NCBI GenBank assembly: GCA_951406725.2
Contig: OX597823.1
Location: forward strand, 109,616,001 to 109,680,000
DNA: 64,000 bases
Direction of reading: 5' to 3'
Source of the DNA: Octopus vulgaris
Taxonomy: Eukaryota
The notes below the pieces were generated by a model. That model saw only the letters and a program-made list of their open reading frames with translations, did no database searches and was not told where the DNA came from. Shown here in pieces: positions 1 through 12,061 of this stretch. A program made the translations under genes and the position numbers. Within the stretch, counting starts at the first letter, position 1. Each line of letters opens with the position of its first letter.

Positions 1-78
1 TAAAGACACAAAGATGGATTTCACAAAGGTGTAATTGTAAAAGTAGCTACGGTATTTATCCCAAGTCTATTAAATTAA

Positions 79-384
79 GGAGGCACATGGCCTAATGTTT
101 AGAGCAGCGGACTCGCGGTCGAGGGATCGCGGGTTCGAATCTCAGACCGGGCGATATGTGTGTTTATGAGCGAAACACCTAAGCTCCACGCGGCTCCAGC
201 AGAAGGTAATGGCGAACTTCTGCTGACTTTTTTCGCCACAACTTTCTCTCACTCTTTCCTCCTGCATCTAGCAGCTCACCTGCAACGGACCGGCGTCCCG
301 TCCAGGTGGGGAACCTATACGCCATGGTAACCGGGAAACCGACCCTATGAGCCAGACGTGGCTAGAGAAGGAACAAACAACAAC
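79..384 (+). mobile_element. Full-length tRNA-derived SINE with V-domain-like body, (AAC)n tail and target-site duplication
   Basis: tRNA-like head with A box (tggcctaatgtttagagc) and B box (ggttcgaatctc); V-SINE-like block cctgcaacggaccggcgtcccgtccagg; tail gaacaaacaacaac; direct repeat ctattaaattaagg at 67-80 and 384-397; second copy inverted at 40301-40611. Confidence 0.88.
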
Positions 385-639
385 TATTAAATTAAGGCTC
401 ACTTTTGGCTAAATAACGACAAAAACAAGAAATTTAGTCGTCACAAGCTAGTGAGTATGGTTCAGCAACATTTACTGAGCTTTCGTTGATTGTTGAAGGA
501 ACTTATGCAGTTGCGAGATGAAAAAGATGTCCTCTTGGCCCCTCCAATCGTGACGCAACAGAACGTCGAATATGTGACAGCTGCAAGGGAAGAAAATCGC
601 AGCAACACTCAATAGGTCGTCGTTTTGAACTAAGGAGAC

Positions 640-755
640 TGGAGGAATGTGAAGTGGTATATCTTGTTCAGAGACACTACGCTCTACCCGATACAGGAGT
701 CGAACTCATGACGTTATGATTCTGAACGCAACTCGCTAGTCCACTTGACTGTGTA
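640..755 (-). mobile_element. Degenerate tRNA/CORE-like SINE head
   Basis: Reverse strand gives a B-box-like gagttcgactcctg followed by a CORE-like gtctctgaacaagatataccacttc; heavily decayed. Confidence 0.45.
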
Positions 756-787
756 ATAAGACTATGTCATTATTTATATTGCTGTAA

Positions 788-965
788 AGGGGGCGAGCTT
801 GCAGAATCGTTAGTACCCCGGGCAAAATGCTGAGAGGTATTTCGTTCGTTTACACATTATGAGTTCAAATTCAGTAGAGGTCGACTTCATATTTCATCCT
901 TTCCTGATCGATAAAATAAGTACTAGTTGAGTATTTTTGGTCGACGTAATCGACTATCCCCCACC
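788..965 (+). mobile_element. Nin/Deu-domain-type SINE, diverged copy
   Basis: ggcgagcttgcagaatcgttag...gagttcaaattc...gaggtcgacttcatatttcatcctttcc..tcgataaaataagtactag matches the better-preserved copy at 21553. Confidence 0.8.
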
Positions 966-1224
966 CGCATGCAACGAACTTATTTACTACAAAGTGGTAC
1001 TTGCCATTGTCAGCTGAATTATTTAGTTATAAACACAGAGTATTTAAGTTCGATGCTTTATCGACTCGCTAAACAACTGCTCTAAAATGTGAGGTCACCG
1101 CTCTAAAGGATAAGTTTGCTAGGTAGCACCGAGAATCTATTTTCATTTATTTGAATCCCAGTTTTCTCTAATCTAAATGAAAATGTCTGAACGCTGCAAG
1201 AAAACTCACACAAAATAAAAGCTT

Positions 1225-1432
1225 CATATTTTGGCACAAGACCAGCAGTTTTTAAGGGGAAGAGAAGGTCGATTGTATCGACCTTAATACTTGACTTGTA
1301 CTTATTTTATTGATTCAGAAATGATGTAAGGCAAAGTCGACCTCGGCAGCATTTGAACTCAGAAAGTAATGACGGACAGAATGCCGTTAAACATCTTGTC
1401 CAACTTGTCCATCTTGTCCAACTTGCTAACGG
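1225..1432 (-). mobile_element. Nin/Deu-domain-type SINE, diverged copy
   Basis: aaggcaaagtcgacctcggcagcatttgaactcagaa is the reverse complement of the family core; inverted relative to the 788-965 copy. Confidence 0.8.
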
Positions 1433-4077
1433 CTCTCTCTCTCTCTCTCTCTCTCTTTACACACACACACACACAAGTACATTTGTCATTAAGCTGTAAG
1501 AACATCGTAAATAGTGATAGAATTTGTAGTCAAATAGTCATAAATTTACACTCTAAATATTTAAAAGAGGAAAGGTCACACTAAGCAATGTAGTTCTTGA
1601 GCGACAAATAGACAGATAGCCATTGGCCAACTCGATGCAGACTCAGGATTAAACAACAATTACAACATCATACCCTCGTTTTACAATATGATTCATGCCA
1701 CGCATCAATGATGGTTACGAACAACCATCATCATAGGCGTAAGAAATTATTAATGCAGCTGAGGTTTAAGGGAGACCAAATGCGAAACCTTTTAGCCATA
1801 TAAGTCCATATCTTTATCAGTCAAGCTAGTTGTCTCTATAATAGTTAGAGATGTAACGATAATAAACTAAGTATATTTTATTTAGTTTTCCTTGTGTATA
1901 TTTTTATTTCTATTTTGCATTCTTTTCCCCCACCTCTACCGAACAAAGCTTCGTTGAAATCAGGCCAAGCCACACTTCGGTTTTCATCCTTCTGTAATCA
2001 ATAAAATGAATAATTACCAAGTTTTGTTACTTTTCAATATTCATGCGATAATTATCCTATATATATAAGTTTTTTTTTTCTTTTTTTTTATCGGCTTCCT
2101 CCCTTACATTTCCATTTACACAGCAGCACCAACACGAACACAATACAACCAATACACAGAAATGTAAACACGCGCTTACCCCTCATACACATATACACAC
2201 ACACGCACACACAAATGCAAACTCACACGCACTTATATACATTTGATATTCTATCTTTAATATTACTTTCCGCTAATTGGTATCGATTAAAAATATACCC
2301 AACCCAACAACAGAGCTAAGGTAATAAGTAATCTCCTCTGCTCCCCTCCCTTCCATAGTTACCGTCTTCACGTTTTAGTACGGGGTGGGCAGAGTGGGAA
2401 GACAACATTATGTGTCATTATATCGGGCAGACTGTTAAAGATTATCAAGTAAAAAGTGCACAGGTATATGTGTGTGTGTGTGTATGCGCCTTCATATACG
2501 TTTGTACATGCATACATATGCATAGACACACACACTCAAACAAGCACATATATATGCGTAATCATTGACGTGTGTCTGTATCTGTGTTTGTGTGTTTATA
2601 TACGGATCATATATCTTTATTTTGATTGTCTCCTCTCTTGTTTTGTTTTAAATGTTTATTTGTCCAAGTTAATCCACACTGCACCTGTCCCTTTTTCAAA
2701 ACCACCTTCGTCTCCCATCCCCATATCAAAAGTGACAGCGCACGTCTCACTGCCGACGTGTGACAAACAACTCCACAACACCCTTTATATGTTCAACCTG
2801 ACTGTCACCAACAAGTTAACACCCTTTTGTCGATGTTGCTAACAGAACAACACATCAAAACAACAAAGAGTCGAAGAAACTTGGAGTAGTCGAAGAACCA
2901 ACTTGAAATAGAAGCCACAATTCTCTCAAAATTCAGCCGAACTAAGAAGGAAGGCTAATCGACGTAATCCAGGATATACTAAACTTGAAACACATGAAGA
3001 TAAGATGACTAGGACTGGAATGCCATTGATTATATGCTTGGTGGATCAAGACCGTTCAGGGATTAGACACCAAGAACGACAATAACCCTTCATTGAAAAT
3101 TCAACATCCCAAGAGAACATAAAAGTGAACACTGCCAAAAATCTGCACTGAATATCCCGAAGTGAGAGCGATCTTTTACTCACAACACACCTGATACCTC
3201 ATCTCAACTAGTTAGACTTTTATCCTCTTAACACGACGAAAGGAAAAAGAAGCTAATATTAGTGATTAGTCACTGACAATTTCATTGTATACCTGACTAT
3301 GTAGGAGCGGAGAGATGATAGACTCTAGTGAAAAAGCTCAATAAAATAAGGATTCTAATGTGCTCGTCTCTCTCATTGAAAATGCAGTCTTGGTCACAAT
3401 TCACAAGTAAAGATTTTTTCAATAGACAAGAGCTACCACCACCACTATCACCACCACCGTCAGCAACACTACCATTACCGTAATCACTATCTTATTCCAC
3501 CTCTTCCTCGTCATCATCAACAGCATCATCACCATCGGCTTAAGCGTGCTCCTTAAGATCTCGCTCACAATTAAAATTCATCACCATCTCTCAAATCATT
3601 CCTGTGTTGTAGTAGACCAAGGAAAATTTCAGCGTCCAACACCAGAGAAAATAATCCCCAACGTGCACGCTAGATAACTTTTAACTGCTGCAAGGCCATC
3701 ATTGGAAACATGATGGCTTCCTTCGTTCATCTCATCTTGCAAAACTGTATACCTTAACAGATCCGTTTAATTCTTCGTGAACAACCAACTCCACTCTATT
3801 CAAATTCATCTTTCATTGGTCCACAAAGATCACTAACATGCGTTCTTATGTACCAAGTACTTATGTGCTCTCGCTTAAAAGTCATCGGAGCTGATGATAT
3901 TATCATTACTCTCAAAGCTATGCAGCCCCTTGTCGTTGATGAGGTAGATCTTATTATCATTGAACAACTTACTCTCAATCTCTTTATCGAACTTTATCGT
4001 TTCCCATTCTCAAGACGTGCACCTACTCAGACCCGACCAACATTTGTACTATTGCATCACCTGTTATTTTATGTCAA

Positions 4078-4310
4078 AGCAGATCATCTGTTCTCCAACA
4101 CCAGAAGACACTTGAGTGGGAAAGAGTATCGCAGTGGTAACGACCTCGTGTCTGCTGTTGATGATTTCTGTGACCAACAGGAAGCACTGCATTTCCGATT
4201 GAAGAAGTGTGTTGACCACAAAAGGCCTATGTTGAAAAATAAACTCATTTGGTCACATTCCTTGGGGGTATCTTGGTCAGATTATGAACTTTTCAGCCGA
4301 CCTTCGAATT
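4078..4310 (+). mobile_element. mariner transposon 3' relic (transposase C-terminus plus terminal inverted repeat)
   Basis: Translation DHLFSNTRRHLSGKEYRSGNDLVSAVDDFCDQQE..ALHFRLKKCVDHK resembles the mariner DD34D C-terminus; ends in tgaacttttcagccgaccttcg, similar to the TIR at 54619-54639. Confidence 0.8.
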
Positions 4311-5403
4311 AGGGCCAGCAACAATATATAGGTAAGTACTGGATACCTGAACACGCGGGATGTTTTTTGCTGTTCACCAGAATGAATCGCCTTAACACTT
4401 CAGACCGGGAAATAAAATCACATAATGATAATAAAAACAAAATTGTGATTAATTATTGATTAATGGAATTCGGTGCTGGCTATGTTGAATGGATGGAGCA
4501 GGAAGGGAAGTTTTCGTAATCTATCATACACAACACGTTATACTCATTTACACAATATTTCAAATCAGTTGTAACGTTCTAGCTTGGTGTACATAGACAC
4601 CATAGTGAGTTTTATTGCTAACGCTGCAATATTATATAGTATAATAAAGGGAATCTAAAATCATTACCTCCACCATTTCAACTACCACAACACCGCCATC
4701 GCTACACCAACGTCAGTACTACTTTTTCAACAACCGCTGCAGCACCTTCAATCTCCAATAGCATTGCATAGGGAATCAACACCTTTATTCCAGTACACCA
4801 GCTGCTACGCAACAACAATCATTACCGCAACACCACAATGCTATCAGCGATAACAGCAGCACTACAATAATAGTTAGACTGGTACTATCACCGATACTAA
4901 TCTTTACAATTAGTAGAACTACCACCAAATCTTCAATCAAATGACAAAAATGAGAACACAGTCACAATAATTCCCGCTTAATCCCCAAATCGTCACCATC
5001 GAAAACAACTTAAATTATCGCTATCAAGTTAACAGTCCGTAAACTTACACCGTACTATAGCAACAAGTGCCGAGATAATCGGGACCAGTATAAGAAGTCA
5101 AACCTAGCAGTCTAGCGCCTTCTACATGATAAAGTCAAGATGTCGGGCCGAGAAATTTACATCGCGAGATATCAGACTCTCTCATCCCACATGACACTCC
5201 AACAACATCTCCCTACTAAAGAAAAAAGAAACAAACATTGCCACAACCATTCTCCCCCAGCATCATGCGATACTCCCTATAACGTGTCACGACCATAGTT
5301 AAAACTATCGTAAACATACATAGAAGCCACGCAGGGTAACATGGTATCTTCATTAGCAGAACCATCGATGACACCGTAGCCAGATTGCAATCGCACAACA
5401 TTA

Positions 5404-5786
5404 TCTCTCTATATATAAAGCAGAAGTTGTCTGTGTATGGCAGGGTTGGTAGCCTTCAACTAACACTATCTCCTCCGAGACCCTGCGGTGCAAGTTGACT
5501 AAAATTGAGAGTATGATAGAAGAAGGCTTCCTCTTCATTCCGTAGCAGAACAAATTCAAATCGGACCAATTTAACACCAAAAATTATTTACATCAAAAAG
5601 GTGCTTTTTTTTCTTTGAAAATCCCTATTTTTTTACTCTTGGGTCGCCAGGTTTCGGTGTATTTCAACCAGAAAAATGTTCACTTAAAGAAAATAACAAG
5701 CTACATAATGCAAAATTATTACTTTTAAAAAATTCCAATTCTAAAGGGTCGAAACAAACCCGAGCAACGCCGGACGATACTGCCAG
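5404..5786 (+). mobile_element. Non-autonomous Helitron (~383 bp)
   Basis: Inserted between A (5403) and T (5787); 5' TCTCTCTATATATAAA start; subterminal GC hairpin cccgagcaacgccgg (5759-5773); 3' end CCAG (CTAG with one change); no TSD. Confidence 0.75.
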
Positions 5787-6154
5787 TACAATATAAAATT
5801 AGCAAAAGTGCAGACGTCATCACACAGAATATCAACACAGCACCAACAACAATGACAACAGCACCATCAGATCAGTAAACTTTAATCATATACGCAACAC
5901 AAAGACTATCAGCATTGGTACCACAATCACCGTAGCACGTCAACACACCTACATCATCCACATGACAACGCAATCACCATTCCATACAGCAGCATCTTCG
6001 TTGCCATGATTATCCCCACAAAACTTCAAATGCAACCCCCACCCATCAAATAATGTCCATCCCGATCATCAGAACCCAGCATATTAACACATCGGCACCA
6101 TCCACGTGACACCAACAGCAAATTCTACCGGCAAATCACGACACACAAAACGCC

Positions 6155-6285
6155 ATCACGACCACCACCACCACCACCACCACCACCACCACCACCACCA
6201 CCACCACCACCACCACCATCACCACCAAGCCAACACCACCACCACCACCAAGCCAAAACCACCACCAAGACCACCACCACCATTA
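6155..6285. repeat. (CAC)n microsatellite
   Basis: Direct reading; source of the poly-His/poly-Gly pseudo-ORFs. Confidence 0.95.
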
Positions 6286-6644
6286 CAACAACACAGCAAC
6301 AAACACCGCACAAAGTTTCATACAAATGCACCGACAGATTAAAGAAGCAGGCACAGAAAGAAAAGCAAATATCCGGATTGCAGTTATAAGCTGCTCTGTT
6401 CCTATACAAGATTTGATCAGTGATGGATATGTCCTCACTGGCAATCACTGTGGATTGGATAGTCAGAGCCTTTATTAACCCAGTGCTTAACAATGCAGAA
6501 ACACTTTCAAAAAATTCATCAAAAGCCCCGAGCTTATTTTTATGTGATTCTTTATCGTTGCTAAACATATCGTTGTTGTGTTGTATGATGCAATAATAAT
6601 CAGTGAGGATGATCCTTATACAATATAAGAGTATTTATACATGG

Positions 6645-6706
6645 ACACATACACATATATATATACATATATATATATATACGTATATATATACGTATAT
6701 AAATAC

Positions 6707-6756
<50 letters not shown>

Positions 6757-7001
6757 ACATATGTATATATACAAATATATACTTATATACATATGCATAT
6801 ATGTATGCATGTATGTATATATACATATATACATGCATATATATAAGTATATATATATATATAAATATATATATATGTATACATATGTATATATACATAT
6901 ATATACTTATATATATATATATATATGTATGTATATATGTATATATACATACATGCATACCTATATGTATAAGTACATATATTTATACATGTATATATAT
7001 A
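6645..7001. repeat. Compound (TA)n/(TATG)n microsatellite
   Basis: Direct reading. Confidence 0.95.
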
Positions 7002-7160
7002 ACGGACACCACAACAATATCAGTACATATTTAGAGAATGATAAAGAGCAACATATGGGACGCAAACCATGTATGTATTGCTGTACAAGTGTAATCGAAC
7101 ACAAAATACACAACACACCTTACTTCTCACATTCTCTCTTTCTTTCTCTCTATATATATT

Positions 7161-7192
<32 letters not shown>

Positions 7193-7699
7193 CTTGTATT
7201 TGTTTAGGGGTGTGTGAGAACCCGTGACTGCATACACACATATATAAGTATACATTAAGCAATTCACTGACGTTGGAAACGAAAAATGATAGCCAAACTG
7301 GAAATTGAAAGTGAAAATAGAATTGTAGTTTAGAAAGAGACCTGGGCTGTCTTAGCAATGATTTATTACTTAGCCAGGATTAACAGATAGAAAGATATTC
7401 GGTGAAAATTGATCTCCAGCTTTCGCTGACTCATGCAACTTGCCAGTTTGTATTAAAAGATATACATACTAGTATTATATATAATTTGTATGGGTTCTCC
7501 ACCCCCACCGCCGCCACCTCATCTTTCTGTTACATATTTATATTTCATTTTCGTTTAGATCCAATGTTTTGTGTGTGCCGCTTCTCATCTCCGTTAATAT
7601 AAACCGTGCTTGTATAACTCTTACACATCTTTACGCTTTCCCCATTGTGCGAGGGTGTTTTGTTTCTGTTTTACCTTTTTAGGGCGGCTTGCGAGAGAG

Positions 7700-7720
7700 A
7701 CTACAACAACAACAACAACA

Positions 7721-7786
<66 letters not shown>

Positions 7787-7968
7787 CCTGCTGCTGCTGC
7801 CGCCGCTGCTGCCGTTACCGTTTCGATTTTTTTAACCTTTTAACAAACTGCATTTTTTTCATAGAATTGTTTCGTTGCCACTGCCTTGTCACTACAGGGG
7901 ACAAAACTCATATGGTGACATGATGCACCTACACTATACTAAAGGTTCAAGTTTTGATAGATAGATAT

Positions 7969-8001
<33 letters not shown>

Positions 8002-8031
8002 GAGATAGAGAGATAGATAGATAGATAGAGA

Positions 8032-8076
<45 letters not shown>
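7700..8076. repeat. (ACA)(ACT)(GCT) triplet array and (GATA)/(GA) array
   Basis: Triplets 7700-7812; GATA/GA 7955-8076. Confidence 0.9.
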
Positions 8077-8081
<5 letters not shown>

Positions 8082-9034
8082 GGAGAAATTGAGTGTAGAG
8101 AGAAGGGAGCTGCAAGTCTGTAAAATTGTTCGAAACTGTGTGATATCGCCCTTAATGGACCTAAACTCAGTCCTTGCATGTAGACAGCAGAATACATCAG
8201 GTAATAAAAAGTTACGCTCAGTAGTTAGGGCAATCTTGGCTCGGTAGGGTAACCTGAGTGGCTTTAAGCGGCACTTGACTTCTTATTATGGAAATGTTTA
8301 CCTTTGATATTCTTTATTTATTTTCTTTTTTACTCTATGACATTACCTCTTAGTTTTAAATCTTATCCCTATACTGAACCCAAAGGTTTCTGGCCCATAT
8401 CCCCAAGTAAGTGAACAATTGTACCACAGGAGTTTCAGACAAAATACCTTGCAATATTTCTTACGGGTTTTCCCCGTCTGACCTCAAATTTGGCAGAGAT
8501 CAACATTCTCTTTCATACTTCGAGAATCGATAAAATAAAGTACCAGTCAAGTCAATGAAATCGACTACACTTGCCCACAAAATTTCTTCCGTTTTGTTCC
8601 TCAATCAGGAACCACTCTTCTTCCGAATATTCCAGAAAGCATGTTCTGTATTGGTCAACAAGAGCAAACTCACCACATCATTTTATTAGCTGTAACGTTA
8701 CAAATTATAGTCCGATGTAAATTTTATCTTTCGGGACAGATTTTGCCCATATCATCATTAAATAGTTATTCCCTAAGATTTCATCCAGCAACGGCGGTTT
8801 TAGTTCGGCCATATTAAAGACACCGACACATTTACTAAATAGTCTCAGTTTCTAAGATATTCCAAATTGATAGCTATATACGTACGTTCCGAGTTGAAAT
8901 TCTGAGGCAGACGACATTAACCTTTCATCTTTCTGGGGTGGATAGGAAAAAAAATACCATTTGTGTACTGGCGCGGACGTAGACGACAGCTACTGTTTCC
9001 CTCCTCCACCGCCTCCTCCTCCTCCTCCATCATT

Positions 9035-9066
9035 CATTATTATTATTATTATTATCACTATTATAA

Positions 9067-9154
<88 letters not shown>

Positions 9155-9352
9155 CAAGGCGTTGAGCTGTCAGAATCGTTAGCATGCCGGGCGAAATGCT
9201 TAGCAGTATTTCGTCCGTTCGAATTCCGCCGAGGTCGACTTTGCCTTCAGTCCTACCGTATTCGATAGAATAAGTACCAGTTGGACACTGATGTCGATGC
9301 AATCGATTCATCCCTTCCCCCAAATTGCTGCCCTTGAGGCAAACTTTCAATC
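9035..9352 (+). mobile_element. (TTA)n array followed by Nin/Deu-domain-type SINE (9157-9352)
   Basis: ggcgttgagctgtcagaatcgttagcatgccgggcgaaatgcttagc...gaggtcgactttgccttcag...aataagtaccag; further decayed copies at about 8430-8610 and 8880-9000. Confidence 0.8.
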
Positions 9353-9356
9353 CATG

Positions 9357-9422
<66 letters not shown>

Positions 9423-10004
9423 TGCAAATATATTCTAAACTATTTAGATATCCGCATTATTATCAATATCATTGCTGTTGTATGAACAATTAGTTATCAT
9501 CAACATGATAAAAGCAATCAAGTTTACTTATGTCTTTATGAATCAATAAATAGCTAATCAAGGGCCGAGTGTTGGTAAAAAAGAAGAAGAACAACAACGA
9601 CAAAGAAGAGGAAGAGAGAAGGGATAATGAGAAGGATAGAAATGGACAGATAAAGGAAGCGATTCGTGGATACGGAAATATACATACGTCTATACATTTA
9701 TATAAAAGCACATATGTGTATGTGTGTATGTATAATATAATGTAATGTGTATATATATATATAAGATATATATATATCTATATATATATACATATATATA
9801 TATCCATAATTTAATATATATATGTTAATATAGATCTGTGTGCGTGTGTGCCTCGGTGAGAGGTAAGTGCAGGTTCTAGGAGATGGTGGGAGAAGCAGGC
9901 CATTACCTAATATAACCATGAGAACGTATATAGATTAAATGTGAATGTGTAGAAGAGAGCGGAGTTTTAAATAAACTGAAGAGGAAGGGCCTCATTAATC
10001 CATG

Positions 10005-10038
<34 letters not shown>

Positions 10039-10222
10039 CATTATTATTATTATTATTCATTTTCAGCTTATTATTATTTGCAAATATCATTCTAAACATC
10101 ATTTCTCTTCCCTTTTTCACTTCATTCCACCTGTATGAACAATTAGTTATCATCAACATGACATAAAAGCAATCAAGTTTACTTATGTCTTTAGGACTCT
10201 CTCTCTCCATCTGTGTGTCTGT

Positions 10223-10276
<54 letters not shown>

Positions 10277-10353
10277 GTATGTATATATATATATATATAT
10301 ACCTATATATAAATATATGTATATAAACCTATATATATATATACAAATATGTA

Positions 10354-10387
<34 letters not shown>

Positions 10388-10470
10388 TGCCTATATATAT
10401 CGACGTTTATATTTATATGTATATACATATATATAAAAATATATACTCCTTTCTCTTATATATTTATATC

Positions 10471-10505
<35 letters not shown>

Positions 10506-10514
10506 TTGCAGAAC

Positions 10515-10650
10515 TTTAGTCGAGTGTATCGACTCCAGTACTTAATTTTTTACACCGAGTATTTACTATATCAGTTCTTTTGTCAAACCGCTATGTTACT
10601 GGGATATAAACACATCAATACTAGTGTCAAGTAGTGGTTAGCGACATATA
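10515..10650 (-). mobile_element. Partial CORE-like SINE (3' part)
   Basis: ttagtcgagtgtatcgactccagtact...caaaccgctatgttactgggatataaacacatc matches the 3' half of the 29556/30590 family. Confidence 0.6.
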
Positions 10651-10729
10651 TATTCACACACACATATACATATATGAGTGTGGGTATGTGCGTGCGCGCG
10701 TGTGCATAAACATATACGTATATGAATAC

Positions 10730-10982
10730 ATTTCAACTGCTAAAGGCAAATATACACCGCAGTTACTGCGATGACTGAATTATATATAAGCTACAAGCTT
10801 TATTCAGTTACTTCAGAGTTGCCTCTCTTAAGTACATCTCATTGACAAGGGTCAAAAATCTCGAAATATCGATGTCTGAGATTCCTGACTGATGGCGACA
10901 CTGAACAAACTTGTGTTTTCATGCCTTATGGCTATTTTTTCTCCACTGTAACTGTAGTGTATTTGCCTGTAGCAGTTGAAAC
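10730..10982 (+). mobile_element. Fold-back cassette with apical hammerhead motif (Penelope-like pseudo-LTR derivative)
   Basis: tttcaactgctaaaggcaaatatacaccgcagttac (10731-10766) is inverted at gtaactgtagtgtatttgcctgtagcagttgaaa (10948-10981); imperfect pairing continues inward to the ribozyme stem I; flanked by TA/TG microsatellite. Confidence 0.7.
10836..10882 (+). ncRNA. Minimal type-I hammerhead ribozyme, U3-A8 variant
   Basis: Stem I atctca/tgagat (6 bp); core TTGACAA (10842-10848); short stem II gg(g)...ctc; GAAA 10863-10866; near-palindromic stem III ATATCGATGT; GUC triplet 10874-10876. Confidence 0.65.
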
Positions 10983-11574
10983 ATGTGACAAACATATTTG
11001 AACTAACTTAAATTTTGCTCGTACCTAAACACTGATTTTCGCCAATGATTCTTTATGTATATATATGTATATGTGTGTGTATGTGCGTGTGTGTGTGTGT
11101 GTGTTCATATTTGGATGGGCGACATACAGAAAATGGCTGTATGTCTAGCTACATTAGAGAGAAACTGCTACATTTTTTCTGACTATTTTTCTTCTACACA
11201 TAATCAGGCAGAAATTATCAGCATACACAAAACGAAACGTTGAATATTGAAGTGGAGCAATCGAAAAGAAGCTATTTATTAGAATTTTGCGAGGATAGTC
11301 TCTTTAAGCACCCTCCAACTCTCACATAAACACTCGTATGCAAATATCCATATATATATATGTATAATATATATATATATATATATATGTATATAAAGGC
11401 TATTTATGACAGGTAACGACAAATATATACATTTAGATAGACTGAGGTAGTAATACGAGTCATAAAGGTCATTATCATGAGATGATTATAAGATGATGAT
11501 AAAGTAAGAGAACAAAACGGACCATGGTTTACGCCAAGGTATTCATCGTTTGAACAACACCGGCTGATGCGTCC

Positions 11575-11625
<51 letters not shown>

Positions 11626-11689
11626 TACATATCTTTATGAGTGTGTATATATATACAGGTACGTTTGCATCTATGCAGGTTATTCTATT

Positions 11690-11947
11690 TTATTTCAACA
11701 TTTCTTGGCTATATAGTGGGAGCCGGTCTGTAACATAGATCCGAGGTTCCTTCATTGGAATTTCAGCAACAACGCGGTACTTGTTCACATTTGAGGGTAT
11801 GTGTACACTATTTTGAATCAATGCATCTGCAGATTTGCATATTTTCTTTTATGTATGTATCCACATATATATAGTTTCATGTCTAGTCATAGATACTTAA
11901 ACGCTAAACTTCTGGAATGTTTCACATACCTTTACAGTCCCATTGAT
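11690..11947 (-). mobile_element. 5'-truncated 3' end of RLE-type (R4/Dong-like) LINE
   Basis: C-terminal peptide [16 protein letters not shown] (stop 11897-11899) resembles the ends at 61.5 and 62.3 kb; shared 3'UTR motif at 11719-11735; abuts (TA)n. Confidence 0.65.
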
Positions 11948-11995
11948 ATATATATATATATATATATATAGATGTGTATGTATGTACATATATAC

Positions 11996-12061
<66 letters not shown>

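Noticed and set aside
79-155. tRNA gene
   Set aside because: A/B boxes continue into a SINE body with tail and TSD; it is a SINE head, as at 40540-40611.
6125-6568. 147-aa minus-strand ORF with a complex N-terminal half
   Set aside because: No recognisable domain and it runs into (GGT)n; treated as a non-coding island, though an exon cannot be fully excluded.
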